Positions 22,928 to 37,328 are shown, counted from the first letter of the stretch. The stretch: DNA of 64,000 nucleotides from Blastocladiella emersonii ATCC 22665 (GCA_025594325.1 JANHCV010000007.1:1426001-1490000); one strand, 5' to 3'. The notes: generated by a model not told the origin, from the sequence alone. Program-made: numbers and translations.

Positions 22928-23758
22928 ATGATGAATCCAAAGCGAAATCTCTCACCGGACTCCAATGTTGACCAAGACGAGGCGGCCGAGTCTGCAGCGG
23001 TCCCGCCGCCACGACTCGAAGTCGACGACGCGGCGTCGGCAACCAGCATCCCGCTGCTCCCGCGATCGCATCCTGCATCGATACCCCCTAGCCTGCGTCC
23101 ACAGACGTGCTCAATCTGCGGTGCCCGCTTCTCGCGTGCCGAGCATTTGCGCCGCCACTCGAGCGTTCACTCGGCCGTTCGGCCTTTCGCGTGCTCGTAT
23201 CCGGGTTGCAATCGTTCCTTCTCGCGCTCTGACGGATTAATGAGACACGTCAAATCGCACAAACGCCGAACTGCGGACCAGCGTGCCGAGGACGAATCAG
23301 TGGCTTCGGCGCCGAATCGCGGTGGCGGTCGCGGCGTGCCCCATGTTTCGCCCGTCGTCACGTTGCAGGTTCAGCCGGCTGCGGATCTGGTTTCCGTGGC
23401 AAACTCGGAACTTTGTGCATCCGAAGGCGAGGAGTGTGGCACTGAACCGGCCAGAAAGAAGCAAAACCGCACGCAGCGCCCTCGTCCGTCCACCCGCCTA
23501 TTGCGCACCGAGGAGCGGCATGACTCTTTCGACCTACATGTGCGAGGACCTTTTGCGATCGCTTCACTTCCCGGGCAGCCCTCACTTGCTCCGCCAACAG
23601 TGTACCAGCCCGACCCACGTCACATCTCTCTCCGAATGCAACCAACAGCCGAACCCGCCACCGCTCGATCAAACCGCATCCCTCGCTTTTCCGACGAGCT
23701 ACAGCAGCCTTCTCATGCGAACCGGAACCACGCCCGATCCGCTCGGCCCATCCTATGA
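22928..23758 (+). CDS. C2H2 zinc-finger protein (two fingers), Msn2-like family
   Basis: CSICGARFSRAEHLRRHSSVHSAVRPFACSYPGCNRSFSRSDGLMRHVKSH. Its acidic/basic EPARKK motif resembles EPAKK in the adjacent paralog. Confidence 0.75.
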   Translation: MMNPKRNLSPDSNVDQDEAAESAAVPPPRLEVDDAASATSIPLLPRSHPASIPPSLRPQTCSICGARFSRAEHLRRHSSVHSAVRPFACSYPGCNRSFSRSDGLMRHVKSHKRRTADQRAEDESVASAPNRGGGRGVPHVSPVVTLQVQPAADLVSVANSELCASEGEECGTEPARKKQNRTQRPRPSTRLLRTEERHDSFDLHVRGPFAIASLPGQPSLAPPTVYQPDPRHISLRMQPTAEPATARSNRIPRFSDELQQPSHANRNHARSARPIL

Positions 23759-26486
23759 TGCGAACGTGGCACAGCCTGAACGACTGCAGCTCTTGCCGCT
23801 TAGCGATAGCGATGCTGGCGAAAGCGACCATTTCAGCGACGACGAAGGAACGACATCGCCGCCTGTTGGACTCTTGCCCTGAGTCGGTGATGGGAAGCAG
23901 CTTCACGGCGATGCGTGGCGGTAGCAGCGGCAGTTTCGTAGTCCGCGGTCTGGACGATTGATTTGGGCAGCGGAAGGAATACAGCAGCGTTTTGAGAGGG
24001 ACTCGCGGTAAAATGTCCCCGAATGATACGATTACCGTACACACATGTGTTGGCGGAGGAGGTTCGGGGCCGACGCCGTGGCCACCACCCAACGATGACG
24101 CGCTGCGCCACTCACGTGTTGCTGCTTCACGCATTCCAACAAGTGGCCGATGCAGCCACGGCGGCCCGTACATGATAGGTTGCACATTCCGACAGCATAA
24201 ATTGCGGTGCTCAGCTGTAGCCTCAGCGAAGCTGAGTTTCTGTGGGAGCAATTTGGCGGGAGGAGCCTGTCGCCGTGCGCCCCTCAACGAGTTTCCCTCC
24301 GCGTTCGCGTTCTCTCTCGACCCCAACGCGAAGCTAGATCGTAAAAAAATGGCTTAGACTCAGTTCAGCCTTCCAACTACAGACAAAACAAGGCCGGGCA
24401 CAGAGCGGGCCAAGTCAAGTCAAGCGATACTGCGGGAGCAGTTTGCTTAGCATGGACCCACCAACCACATATTGAATAGAATCGCCATCGTGAAGCCGAA
24501 CAGGTCAGCCGCCCCTTGAGTTACAATTTCAAGGAGTGAGATCAAGAGGACCTTGTGAGTTGCGGTCATGAGGACCGATTCAGGTCAAGCGAAGTCGTGG
24601 AGAGCGTGCGTAGGGGCAGGTGCGATAGAGTCGTGGAGGGCATGAATCTTGTCTAGCTGGTCATGCGCCACAACGAGAAAGCGGTCGTGATAGCTATACC
24701 CGTAGCCAACAAAACTGATGAGTACAGCGCGGTCGCTCGCAAACTTCTCCCTGCAAACTGGCCGGTGACAAGATCGCACGGAAACAGTGCAAAGAATCAA
24801 CGCATTCAAAGCGGAAGCAGAGGTTTAGAGATTCAACAAGAAGCGCACTTAAGATTCGAGCATGTCTGGACCGGTGGAGAGTCGGTATGCCGTGTCGATG
24901 CACCCAGCAACAAGCCGAGGCGCCGCTTCGGTGCGAATAACCTAAGAGCAAAGGGCCCGCGACTCCGTGCCGCGGTCACGCAAACTCTAGTTAATCATAG
25001 CAGGGGAGATTGTTGCGACGATGAGACGGTTTTATCGTGCGCAACGCATAAGCAAGGGACAGCCTCACACGAGACGACCGTCAAGTTCGCGAGGAAGCGC
25101 CAGCTGCGGGATCTCGAGTCGATAGCTGTAGAGCATGATGATCTGCGCTTAGAATGCATCAAGTTTCATCCGTTTATCATCATTGACAGGGCGTCGGCGG
25201 AGGTGGCAGCGGAGGGCACAGCATCGGCGGCCAAAACGGGGGCGCGACTCCACCCACGCGGTCACCTGATGCGGGCCACGGATTTGGCGTGTGCTGCGAT
25301 TCGCTCGGCCTCCCGCTTTCTTCAAGCGCACGCAAACGAATGGAGTGGAGCCTGCAACTGAAGCGACTTGGCGCACCTTCGAGCCCGCTGGATTCTTTGT
25401 CCATGAAGGACGTGCGCTAGGCCCAACCGAGGGTGCTGCGGAGCCTGTCCTGGTCGTCCTGCAGAACTGTGCTTCCGCGCCGTCTCTAGCCTTGATGTGT
25501 ACGATCACTCTACGTGCTCTCGAGCAGGGCAACCTCGAACCCGTCTCCAGCACGGTCGTTGGCGGGGTTCCCTTGCGCCACGCCGTCGATTCCGCGTTCC
25601 GTTGAGCGATGATCGCGGTCAATCGTTCCTGGCGTCGCCTTCTCGATGACCAACGCTACGCCGCTTGCGTCTAACCAGCTCAACACCACAAAACACTCGG
25701 GCTCTTCGATTGATGCGAGCGTGATGTGGCTCGAACGGCGCCGCTCGTAGCTGTGAGCGACGCACCTTTGCTCGGTCCGCTTCTGGCGACCTATACGGAG
25801 TTTGCTGAGGCCCGTGTCGCGTCCGCCGAGGCCGCACCGCCTCGAGCGCAGACAGTGACCAGGGAATGAAATCCTTGCTCGTGGAGGTTCAAACTCGAGG
25901 TGAGCGCGTCACTCGAGCGCCGCGCTCGTGCGCTTGCAATCTTCCGCTTCGCGGTCTTCGCGCCGCCTTCGTTTGGCCGCTTGATCGCTCACTCGAACCA
26001 TGAAGATCGATCACGCCCGCTCAAACTGCCCCTTCGCGTTGGTTGTTCCTCGTCGCGATGCTCCTTCTCAGCGCGTGCCCGCCGTTGTGCGCCGAGATCA
26101 AGGCCGCGTTCATCCATTCCGCCGGGAGATGAGTGCTCTGCATCGCTTATTGCAAGGCAGCTCACGTCTCAGAGAAAAAAGAGCCAGCGGTTTGGGAGGA
26201 ATTGGGAGGGACTATTGGAAGGGACTGAGTGAAAACACGGCGGGCGCGTGCGTGGTGGGGTGGCGCAGCACGTCGCAGGGGGCGGCCAAAACCGGAAATC
26301 GCGCACTCCACTCCTGGCGCCGCCGCATCGCCGGCCCTCCCCGATGCAGCGTGTGCCACATCGATCCGCACGGCCGCTGACCAGTGGAAGGCCAGGCCCT
26401 CGAATCCGCGGACCCAAAACTGCCGTGTCTATGTAGCTGTCGGCAACACTCTACCTCACTCGTACTGCGGGTATCACATCCACTTC

Positions 26487-27511
26487 TTACTCGGACGACG
26501 GCGCCGTCGTTGCCGCCCGCTCGTCCTCTACGTCATCGCCGCCGACTGGATCGCTGCCAGCGCCGCCGCCGCGGTGGCTCGGCGTCACGGGCCTCGTACC
26601 CGCCGCCGCCGCCGTCGCTGCTGCCACCACTGGACCCAGCCGCCGACCGCTGCCACCGCCGTGCTCGTACCCTTTGCCGCAACCGCGAACCGCGCCGTAG
26701 CGGAACTCCCCCTCGCCCGTAGCAGCCGTGCGCGGCGGCCACGGCCGGTCGCGGTCACGGTCCCGCGCAGGCTCGGTCGCGCGGCCGTGGTACCCGTACT
26801 GCTGGTACTGGTTCGGGTGCTGCGGGTAGTAGTAGTCGTGCGACGGCGGCGGCGGCGGCGCACCGGGCGCATCGTACGCGGACGCGGACGCGGACGGGTA
26901 CCCAGGCGGCGGCGCGTGCGACTGGGAGTGCGACCGGTCACCGCCGCCGCGACCGCTCACGCGGTAGTACCCCGCGGCCGGCTGCTGCTGCTGCTGATGC
27001 GGTGGCGCGTAGTAGTCGCGCCGCGCGTGTGGGTGAGGCGGATACTCGCGGTGGTGGTGCGGGAGCGGGGGCGGGAGCGAGTAGCTGCTGCTTCCGCCGC
27101 CGCCGCGACCGCGGTACGCCGCGTCGTACTCGTTGCCGTGCCACCCGGGGGGTGCGGGCGCGGGTGGCGGGTACGTTGCGTAGCGATGCGGGGGTTGCGG
27201 CGGCGGGGGCGGGTAACAGTGCTCGGCCGCCGCGGGACGCGGAATCGACGACGACTGCAGCGGCGGAGGCGGCGGGCGCGAATGCGGCGGATGCGGGCTG
27301 CTGAGCGCCGCCCACGGCGAGTCGCTGGCGGCAGCGGGCGGCGGGGCCGGGGGCGGCGAGAAGAGGCGGTCGGGCGACGCGTCGTCGCCGCGGTGGTGGC
27401 GATACGGCGTCTGCGCGGCGGCGGCGGCCGAGCCCGCGGCGGGGTCGTACGTCGGCGGATGGAGGTCGAACCGGGTGCCGTTGCCGGGCTGGCCGTGGAT
27501 CCAGTCGGGGA

Positions 27512-27542
<31 letters not shown>

Positions 27543-29539
27543 GTACGCCGAGGACGGGTGCCGGGCGTGGTCGGGGACAACCGCGCGGCGGCGCGTCGAC
27601 GGTGGCGGCGGCGGCGGCGGCGGCGCGTACGGATACGGCGAGTGCCGCGCGTCGAACGGCGCCGTGGACCGGTCGAGCACGCTGCGGCGCGCGGGCTGCG
27701 GCGGGTACGGGTCGGCGGCGTACTCGATCTCGCCGTAGCCGCCGTCGTCGGCCGCGCGGTGGTGGTGCAGTAGCGGCGGCGGGGGCGGCGGCGGGTACAT
27801 GGAGTCGGCGACCGTTGGCTCCAAATGCGGCGGAACCACGGGGGCATATTCGGGTGGCGCAGCCGCGGGTCCAGGCCCCGCCGCGTGCGGAATCCGGACC
27901 GACGCCTGCCGCGGAAGCCACCGGACGGGGTCGGGCGCGTAGTCGGCGCCGTGGGCCGCGTACGGGGTCTAGGAGAGGAGCGGAACGGAGTCAGCCAAAT
28001 CCGATGGCACAGTAGAATCAGAAACGTACGCTGTCCGATGCGCGAGACCGGCGCGACGCCGAAACCGCGTTGGCCGGGGTCCCCGACGCACGGTGCGCGT
28101 CCGCGGGCGGCGCACGAGTCCCGCCGCTGCCGCTCGAGCTGGTCGCGTTCGCGTCAGCGCCCGCGGTCTCCTCGGGACTCGGCGGCCCAGCAGCAGCAGC
28201 GGCCGCCGCCGCGGCCGCGTTCGCGCCCTGGATCTGGCGCTGGTGGTTCTGCTGCGCCGTGGCGAGCCCTGCGGCGGTGGCGTGGTTGAGGTGGGTGAGG
28301 AAGACGCCGACGGGGACCTCGATGTTGGCGAGACGCGGGTCGGCAGCGGGCGCGGAGAGCGTCGGGTCGCCGAGGCTGTCGTCAGCGGCGGCCGAGTAGG
28401 CGATGAGGCGCAGCTTCTGGCCCTGGACCGTGGTGATGGTGAGCACCTTCTTGCGCATCAGCTGCGACGCGTCCGACGCGACGCGGCGCGGGTTGAAGCC
28501 GCCGGCGCCGCTGTCGTTGGCGAGCTACGGGCGCCGTGCGAGTACGAGTGAGCGGGTGTGGGTGGAGCAGCAGCGAGCGGGATCGAGTGTACCTCGACGT
28601 AGAGCAGGAAGCAGCCTGGACGCAGGATTGATTCGAGACACGCGGGAGAGCACGTTAGTCGACTGTGCCAATCGAGCGATCGCACGATGAGGACGAGCAC
28701 GAGGTTGGGGATCCGATCGGGATCAGCGGATTCGTGGGTGCGGCGGCGCGCGGACGACGCGTCGGATCGGCGACTTGCGACGCGTCGCGCCGCGTGTCTC
28801 GCGACGCATGTGACCAGAACTGCCACGGCACGGGATGCGAGACACGGCGGCACGGGATCCGGGCGGCCGGCGGCGACGTTTGCACGTCGCGGCACGGCGG
28901 CGGCCGCTCCGGATTCGGCCCGACCGCGCCCAAATGCAGTCGCGCGGTGATTAGGCGGTTCCCACGATGCACCGATCCGACCCATATCTGCTTCCGCGTA
29001 CCCGAAGCGCGCGCGCGCGTGCCCGCGTGCCGACCATCATGTGGCGCGGCCGCCGTCGCCGGGCGAGCCCGCAGAAGGGTGCGAGAAGGAACAAGAAAAG
29101 GGCGGAGTGGAAAATAGGCTGGCCACAGACGCGCACGCGCGAGGACGATGACGCGGAAGGAAGAAAGAAGAAGCACGCACCGCGCATCCTAGAGCTTGAC
29201 CACAGTCGGCCGTCGGACCACCGCCGGATGCCGCTCACCTCCTCGTCGAACACAAACACGTCGCCACACCGGATCTGGGCCCGCTCTACATGGCCGGATC
29301 AGCGTGAGCGGCGAGCTGGATCAGCAGTGAGTGCGGGAAAGTGGGCGTACCGGCGTCGGACAGGCGGCGGGTGACCATGGTCAGGATGCCGCGGCGGCAG
29401 CCCTCGAGGACGAGCAGCGCGTCCTGGAACGTGGTCTGGCGCGTAGGTGGGAGCGAGGTACGCGTGTGAGCGGTGGTGGGTGCGGTGGAGCGATGCATAG
29501 GGCGCGAACGCGTACCACGCGGCCGTGGAAGGCGATCAT
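26487..29539 (-). CDS. Gti1/Pac2 (WOPR) family transcription factor (737 aa, 6 exons)
   Basis: Exons 29539-29516, 29435-29351, 29285-29181, 28615-28593, 28524-28030, 27968-26487 (2214 nt, in frame). WOPR-a: FHGRVTTFQDALLVLEGCRRGILTMVTRRLSDAERAQIRCGDVFVFDEEVSGIRRWSDGRLWSSSRMRGCFLLYVE. WOPR-b: LMRKKVLTITTVQGQKLRLIAY. Pro/Tyr/His-rich tail. Confidence 0.9.
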
Positions 29540-32500
29540 GGCTGGCGTCGGTGTTGGTGATCGGGGTCGCGGTTGCGAGGAGCGCGTGCGGGAGTGCTGC
29601 TGATAAGATCGACCACCCGAGGAGAGCGAGGGCGAGCAGGAGGCGCCGTGGTCGTGGTGGTGGTGGTGGGTGGGGCGAGGGAGGGCGGGCGGAGGGAGAC
29701 TTGGCTCCAGACTACGGGGGCGGTCGGCAGGGCCGTCGACGCGAGTACGGGTTCGAGCGCGGGCGCGTGAGAGAGAGGACGCAAGAGCGAGAGCGTGGCC
29801 GCAGAGAGGATGGGAGGGAACGGAGAACAGGTGGGCGGCGGGCAGCGGGAGGCCAGGCCGATCGCATGCACAAGCGTGAGCGGGGGCAGCCGCGCGGCGC
29901 AAAGGCAGGCCAGGCTTTGCCAGTCTCGCCCGCCGCTGCCTCGCCGCGATCCACGGCGCTCCGCGCTCAGCGGGACACGGGACACGGGGCGCGGAACTCG
30001 GCGCCGGCCACCGTGGCGCGCGGCGCGAGGCACGCGCGGCGCGGTGCGGCGCGGTCCTGGTGGGAAAGGCCTCCCACCCCGCGCGCTCTCGCTCACCCGA
30101 CGCGGGCGAAGCCGTCGGATGTGCGACGCGACGCGACGCGAAGTGACGCGCGTCGTGTGCACCAGGCGAGCAGGCCAGCGGGCCGGCGATGGCCGACCGG
30201 CGGCGGGCGACAGCAACGGCCGCGGCCGCGTGGGCATGGGGGACACGCATGCGGGACGCGCATACCGTACAGTGGAGGGTCTGGGCGTGGTCGGCACAGC
30301 GTCTGGGTGAGGTCGGGAGACGCTCGGGAGACGCTCGAAGCGGTCACGACGACGCGGCGGCGGGCGGGCGGGCGGGCGGGTGGGACAAAGGAGGGAGGAC
30401 GGATGGGCCGGCGGGAGAGGCAGTGCGCCGCCACAGGCTCCGCGGATAGACGAGGGGGCCGTGCGCGGGGGCGTCGGACGGGAGCGGGGAGAGCCGGCGT
30501 CCGGGGCAGGCGGGCGGGCGAGCGGACACAGCGACGACAAGGTGCTAGCGGAAGCACGAGCGCGGCGAGGAAGCCGACGGATCACGGCCCGGTCGGCGTG
30601 CCAGGGCGTGCGTGGCCCAGCTGGCGCCCAGCGCCTGCCGCCGCTCCCCGCGGGCCCCGTCCAGGAACGCCGTGTGCCGCCGGACACGCTCTGGCGATGC
30701 ACACGCAGGCGTCCGCGTGTCCGCGTCGCTCGCGGCGGCGCTTGTCGCGACGTGCGCGCCGCTGGCCGCTGCGTTGCGTCGTGGCGGAGCATGCCGTGCG
30801 ACCGAAAATACGGTCGCTGTGCTTGCTTGAGTCAGCGCGCCTTTTTTCCGTTGCTCGAGCGCGCCTCCCCTTGTCCGCGCTCTCTCGCTCCCTCCCTCCT
30901 GCGGTCGAGGGAGTCGACCGGTCGACCGGCGCAAGCTGAAAGAGTCGCGTCGCGGCTCCCGCCGTCCATCGGCGATGCGCGGGGCGCCGTTCCCGTTCCC
31001 GGCGACGCGATCCGGCCCGCCATCGAGGGCGAAAATTCGAGGGCGCCGCGGCCCGGATCAAACCGCCCACGCCCGCATCGGCTGCTGCTGCCGGCTCGCC
31101 GCCCCCGCCCCCGCCCGCGATCCGCTCTCCCCCACCCTCACCCACACCGCCCTCGCCGACCCGCACTCCATGCAACCTCATGCACTTGCGCCCTCTTGCT
31201 TCTCTGTTCGAGTCTCCCGCGAGCGGTCTCGGACGGGTCCTGCCGCCGCGCGACCTCGCGAGCTGAACCCGATCGCGGCCGCCCGCGGGCCACGTGCCTT
31301 TCCCGGCACCACACGCGTACAGTAGCGATCGCGAATGGACGCCTGCCGCCCTGCTTCGCGCGCCGCTCGGACCGCCTCCGTGCCGCCTCGGATCAGTGCC
31401 CATGGCGCACGCCGCGAGTGGGCTTCTCCGCACGGCGACCGTTCGCGCACGGCGCGCCCGACTCGGTGGCGCAGTTCGTCCTGCCGTCTCGACGGCGGCG
31501 ACCGAGTCTCGTGCGCCCGAACGCCCTCCGCTTCTTGTGCTGGCGCACTGCTTCTCCGCTCACCGCTGTATCCGCTCGCTGCATGCCGCGCGCGAGCTTC
31601 CTCACACGACTCGAATCTGCGAGCTCGCGCCCGACCCCGCTCGCGGACCACGCTTCTCGCGACGGCGCCACCTTGCCGCGCGTACATCCACTCGCAACCA
31701 TCCACTCGAGCGAGCTCGCTCCGGTCTCGGCGGCCGACTGCCGCAACCGGCGGACTGCTTGGCTCTCGCTTGTCGGTGATGGTGAAAGATATAGAGTCGT
31801 CCCGTGTGCTTGCCTGTCTCGGTCGCCCCCGCTGCGGCGGTCCGCAGCCCTATCCGGCTTCCGCGCGCTGATTCCATGCGACGCGCGACAACGGCCCGAT
31901 TGCAATCGCCCTTGTCCGCAGTCCCGCTTCCATCACGAGCGACCACCGGACGCGCGCAACTGCTCGCACGAGTCGGCCTTGTTCCCGCGTGAGAGTCGAG
32001 CGATGCCGCTGCGGTCCGCGCGCTGGGGTCGGATCCGACTCGGAGGGGCCGCGCGGCCCGCTTTGCTCCTCTCAACGTACGCGCCGACCATCCCCGCCGA
32101 CTCTCACATGCCGCATCGCCTCCCACGACCGCGGAGCGATGTCGGACACACAGCTTTTTCTTATCGTCGCGTTCGTGTTGAGCGCGGACTCGTGCGAGAG
32201 CGCCGCGAATGCGCCGTGCGAGCGCTGTCGCCTGCCGTGGGCGCCGCCGACTCGCATCGCTTGCACCGTCACGCCACTTTGCACGGGCGAGCCCTTCTCT
32301 CTTCGCTGTCCCGCTCGCGTCTCGCTCCCCCTCGCACTCGTACTCGCGTAAGCGCTGGGAATGCGCCGCGTAAGCAAGTACGTTGCGCAACACAGCAACC
32401 ATTCCGCGTCGCTCGCAGCATCACGGCGCGCACACCCGCGAGAGCTTTCGTCCCTGTCGCGCTTCGCGTCTCGCAGCACCCGCGTGTTCGTGAGAGCGCC

Positions 32501-33332
32501 ATGAACGCGTCGATCGAGCATGCTCTCCATGGCGACCGTCGCTCGCAGCGTCGCGGCGCGGCGTTGGACCCGTCCCATCCGCTGTTCCACATCCGGAGAC
32601 CCTGGCCGCCAGCCCCTTCGCGCGTACGCCGGCTGGGACGTTTGCCACGACGCCCGGTATTTACCTTCATCGTCCACGGCCGCCGCATCTCGTTCGACTC
32701 GCGCTAGCGTCTGGTCGTGCTGCCGCGAGTGAGCGCGGGATCGGTTGCTGGCGCCGAAGCGTGGGCGTAGCACCGCGCCCGCCTCGCTTCCGTCGTCGCC
32801 GATTCGAACGAGCTCCGATCGCAGCTTGCTTCGCAGCGCTGGAGTGCGTGGTCGTCGCAGATGCCGGACGCGAGCGAGCGTGGCGGCGGGTTCGGTCACC
32901 GGCTCGCGGTCACGGCGGCGTCGCGTCGGCTTCTTCTTCGCGCGCCCTCGCGAGCCTGCTCGATGCCGTGACGCTCGGTGCACTCGTCGCTTGGCCGGAC
33001 ACGCGACGTCGCGCACGCGCACGCGCTCGCTCGCGTCGTGGCGCAGTTCCCGATGTGCAACCGGGTTCGTTGCTCACTCAGCGCCGGGCCGGTCACTCGG
33101 ATCCCGCGTCCGAGGCGTCTGCCCCCAGATGCGGGATGTAGGACCTGGACTCTCGTTCGTTGCGCGAGACGCGTGAGATGAGATGGCCGACTTTGCCGAA
33201 ACCGTACTCCGCCTCGTTGACGTGTGAGCGGGCGCGGCCAGCTTCACGAGCGAGACGACAAGTCAAGTGAACTGTGAACCGAAATGTATTCACTCCCTCC
33301 CTCCCTCCCTCCCTTCCTTCCACCACACCTCA

Positions 33333-35123
33333 CTAGTCCCACTCGATCTCGGCCTTGAGCTCGTTGAGGATCTCGTAGCACTCGGAGAGGAGCGAGTGCA
33401 GGACGCCCTGTCCGGCGGGGATCTCGCCGTCGACGAGGAACTTGCCGTCGACGCGCATGTCGTCGAAGCTCTTGAGCTTGAGCTGGAACGGGTACAGCTC
33501 CTGCGGCGTGAAGGGCCCGCCGAGCCGGCGCAGCTCGACCAGGCACTTTCGCACCGCGATCACTACGCGCGGTCGTGGGCGCGGGGATGGGAGGGTGAGT
33601 CGGGGGGCGGGCGACGTGGCGACGTGGCGACGGGAGAGAGAGAGAGGGAACGTACGGTGGTGGTGGATGTTCATGAGCGCCGGGTCGACGGGCTCGATGG
33701 TGGCCTGCAGCTTGGTGACGTGGCAGTGGCACCGGTACAGGAGGTAGTGCAGCGAGGCCTGGCCGGCGGGCGCCGGTCCGAGGTCGGCAGCTTGTCGTGG
33801 TGGCTCGGCGGCGCTCGCGCTCGCGGTCGCGGTCGATGATGCGGCGGCGGCAGCAGAAGTAGCAGCGGGGGTCGTCACCGCGTCGGCCGAGGGCGCGGTG
33901 GTGGCGGCGGCGGCGGCGGCGGCCGAGTCGAGCTTCGGGTCGGACAGCCGCATCTGCGCGACGCCGGCAGCGAGCGAGTTGGCGGACCCGTTGAGCGATC
34001 CGGGGTGCGAGGTCGGGAGGTGCGGGACGCCCGGGATGCCGGGCGGCGAGTTGTAGAAGACGCCGTTGAGCATGGCGGCCTCGACGCGCTGCAGGGCGCG
34101 CTCGAACGGGTACAGGTCCTGCGGGCGCACCTCCCAGCGGTGCTCGACGAGCTCGGCGAGGCGCGCCTGCATGGCGGCGAGGTGGTCGTAGAGCGGGAGC
34201 AAGGGTTCGGCGACCTTGTCCTTTTTCTTGCACAGCTCGGTGATGAGGTCGTAGCAGTGCTCCATGATGGCGACCACGAGCTGCTGGCCGCGCAGCGGGC
34301 GGTCGTCGTGGGGCGGCGGCGGGCGGAACTCGTTGCTGACGCGGCGCTGGTCGAGGGCGACGAGCCGCTGCTGCACGGCGAGGATGGCGGTGGTGGCGGG
34401 CGACGGCAGGGCGGCGAGCGCGTGCAGGTCCTTTTGGATCGAGATGACCTCGTCGTGGTACGGCAGCAGGCCGTCCTCGAGCGTGTCGATGAGCAGGACC
34501 AGGGTGTTGGCGAGGCGGTAGCAGTAGTTCATCTTGGCGAACAGGATGGCCTGGCCCTTGGGCACGCCCGGGTGGCCGACGACCAGGAACTTGCCGTCGC
34601 GCACGTGCGCGTTCTCGATCTCGCGCAGGCGGCGCTGGTACACGACAATGTCGTCCAGCGTGAAGCACGCGTCCTGCTTCATGTCCTCGAGCGCGTTCTG
34701 GATGGCGATCAGCTGGGTGTAGATGGGCAGCATCGACGGCGCCACCTTGTCGGCCTGCGCGAACAGCTCGAGCACGAGCTGGTGCGTCGTGTCGAAGAGC
34801 GCGTCGAGCGCGTTGCGCGCCGAATCGCCGCGCGGCTCGCCGGCGTGCGACCCGTGGTCGCTCGAGGCCGCGCTGCTCACGGACCGCACGTCGTGGTCGT
34901 GGCCGTCGTCGCCCAGCGTGCCGAGCTCGTCCTCGTCGATGCCGCGCAGCGCGGCCAGGTCCTCGGCCAGGTGCGACACCTTGTCCGAGATGTCGCCCAG
35001 CTCGGCCAGCGCAAACGTCTGCCCCTTCTTGAGCGTCAGCAGCGCAACCTTGATCGGGTACAGCTTGTTGTAGATGACGAGCTCGTCGGGCGGCAGGTGC
35101 TTCAGGTTCATGTGCTGCGGCAT
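33333..35123 (-). CDS. CUB1: DUF2408 / UPF0662 protein (yeast YPL260W/Cub1-like)
   Basis: Repeated helical units L.P.Y..L..I...L.EL ... D(G/K)KF...G..P.GQ..L..LL.ECY (e.g. DDMRVDGKFLVDGEIPAGQGVLHSLLSECYEIL). ATG 35123. A 93-nt intron lies at 33655-33563. Confidence 0.82.
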   Translation of the reverse strand: MPQHMNLKHLPPDELVIYNKLYPIKVALLTLKKGQTFALAELGDISDKVSHLAEDLAALRGIDEDELGTLGDDGHDHDVRSVSSAASSDHGSHAGEPRGDSARNALDALFDTTHQLVLELFAQADKVAPSMLPIYTQLIAIQNALEDMKQDACFTLDDIVVYQRRLREIENAHVRDGKFLVVGHPGVPKGQAILFAKMNYCYRLANTLVLLIDTLEDGLLPYHDEVISIQKDLHALAALPSPATTAILAVQQRLVALDQRRVSNEFRPPPPHDDRPLRGQQLVVAIMEHCYDLITELCKKKDKVAEPLLPLYDHLAAMQARLAELVEHRWEVRPQDLYPFERALQRVEAAMLNGVFYNSPPGIPGVPHLPTSHPGSLNGSANSLAAGVAQMRLSDPKLDSAAAAAAATTAPSADAVTTPAATSAAAAASSTATASASAAEPPRQAADLGPAPAGQASLHYLLYRCHCHVTKLQATIEPVDPALMNIHHHRTFPLSLSRRHVATSPAPRLTLPSPRPRPRVVIAVRKCLVELRRLGGPFTPQELYPFQLKLKSFDDMRVDGKFLVDGEIPAGQGVLHSLLSECYEILNELKAEIEWD

Positions 35124-35426
35124 CTTGGGGGTGGTGATGGTGGCGAGACTGCGGGGCGCGTCGTCGTTGGTTCTCGCGGCGCGAGGTCGGGGGGCGGGCG
35201 GGCGGGCGCACAGCGCGGTGCGGTGCGGTACAGTGCAGTGCGCGCAGTCGTGAGCTCCGTGGTGGTCGCTAGCGCGTTCCCAGGTCGGTCCGAGCGAGCG
35301 GGGAGTGCGATAAGGCCGTAGAGTTGGGGGGCGGGCGAGCAGGCGGGCGAGGCACAGGGCGAGGGAGCAGCCGCGCGTTGCTCTGGCGGAACAGCCGCCG
35401 GCTCGAGACACGCGGCCGTCAGCTGA

Positions 35427-37328
<1,902 letters not shown>

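Noticed and set aside
23880-26200. Less GC-rich stretch with several 70-320-aa ORFs
   Set aside because: I could not recognise any domain, consistent splice chain or codon bias. It may be an old TE or gene relic, but that is unsupported.
30380-32707. 775-aa ORF and the many overlapping Arg/Ala-rich ORFs at 29.4-33.2 kb
   Set aside because: Composition is that of GC-rich non-coding DNA (R/A/P/G-dominated, no third-position bias, no domain). I treat it as the WOPR upstream region.
33563-33655. 93-nt stop-free in-frame intron in CUB1 as a regulated exitron
   Set aside because: It has canonical splice signals, and stop-free 3n introns are expected by chance at this GC content. Nothing indicates retention.
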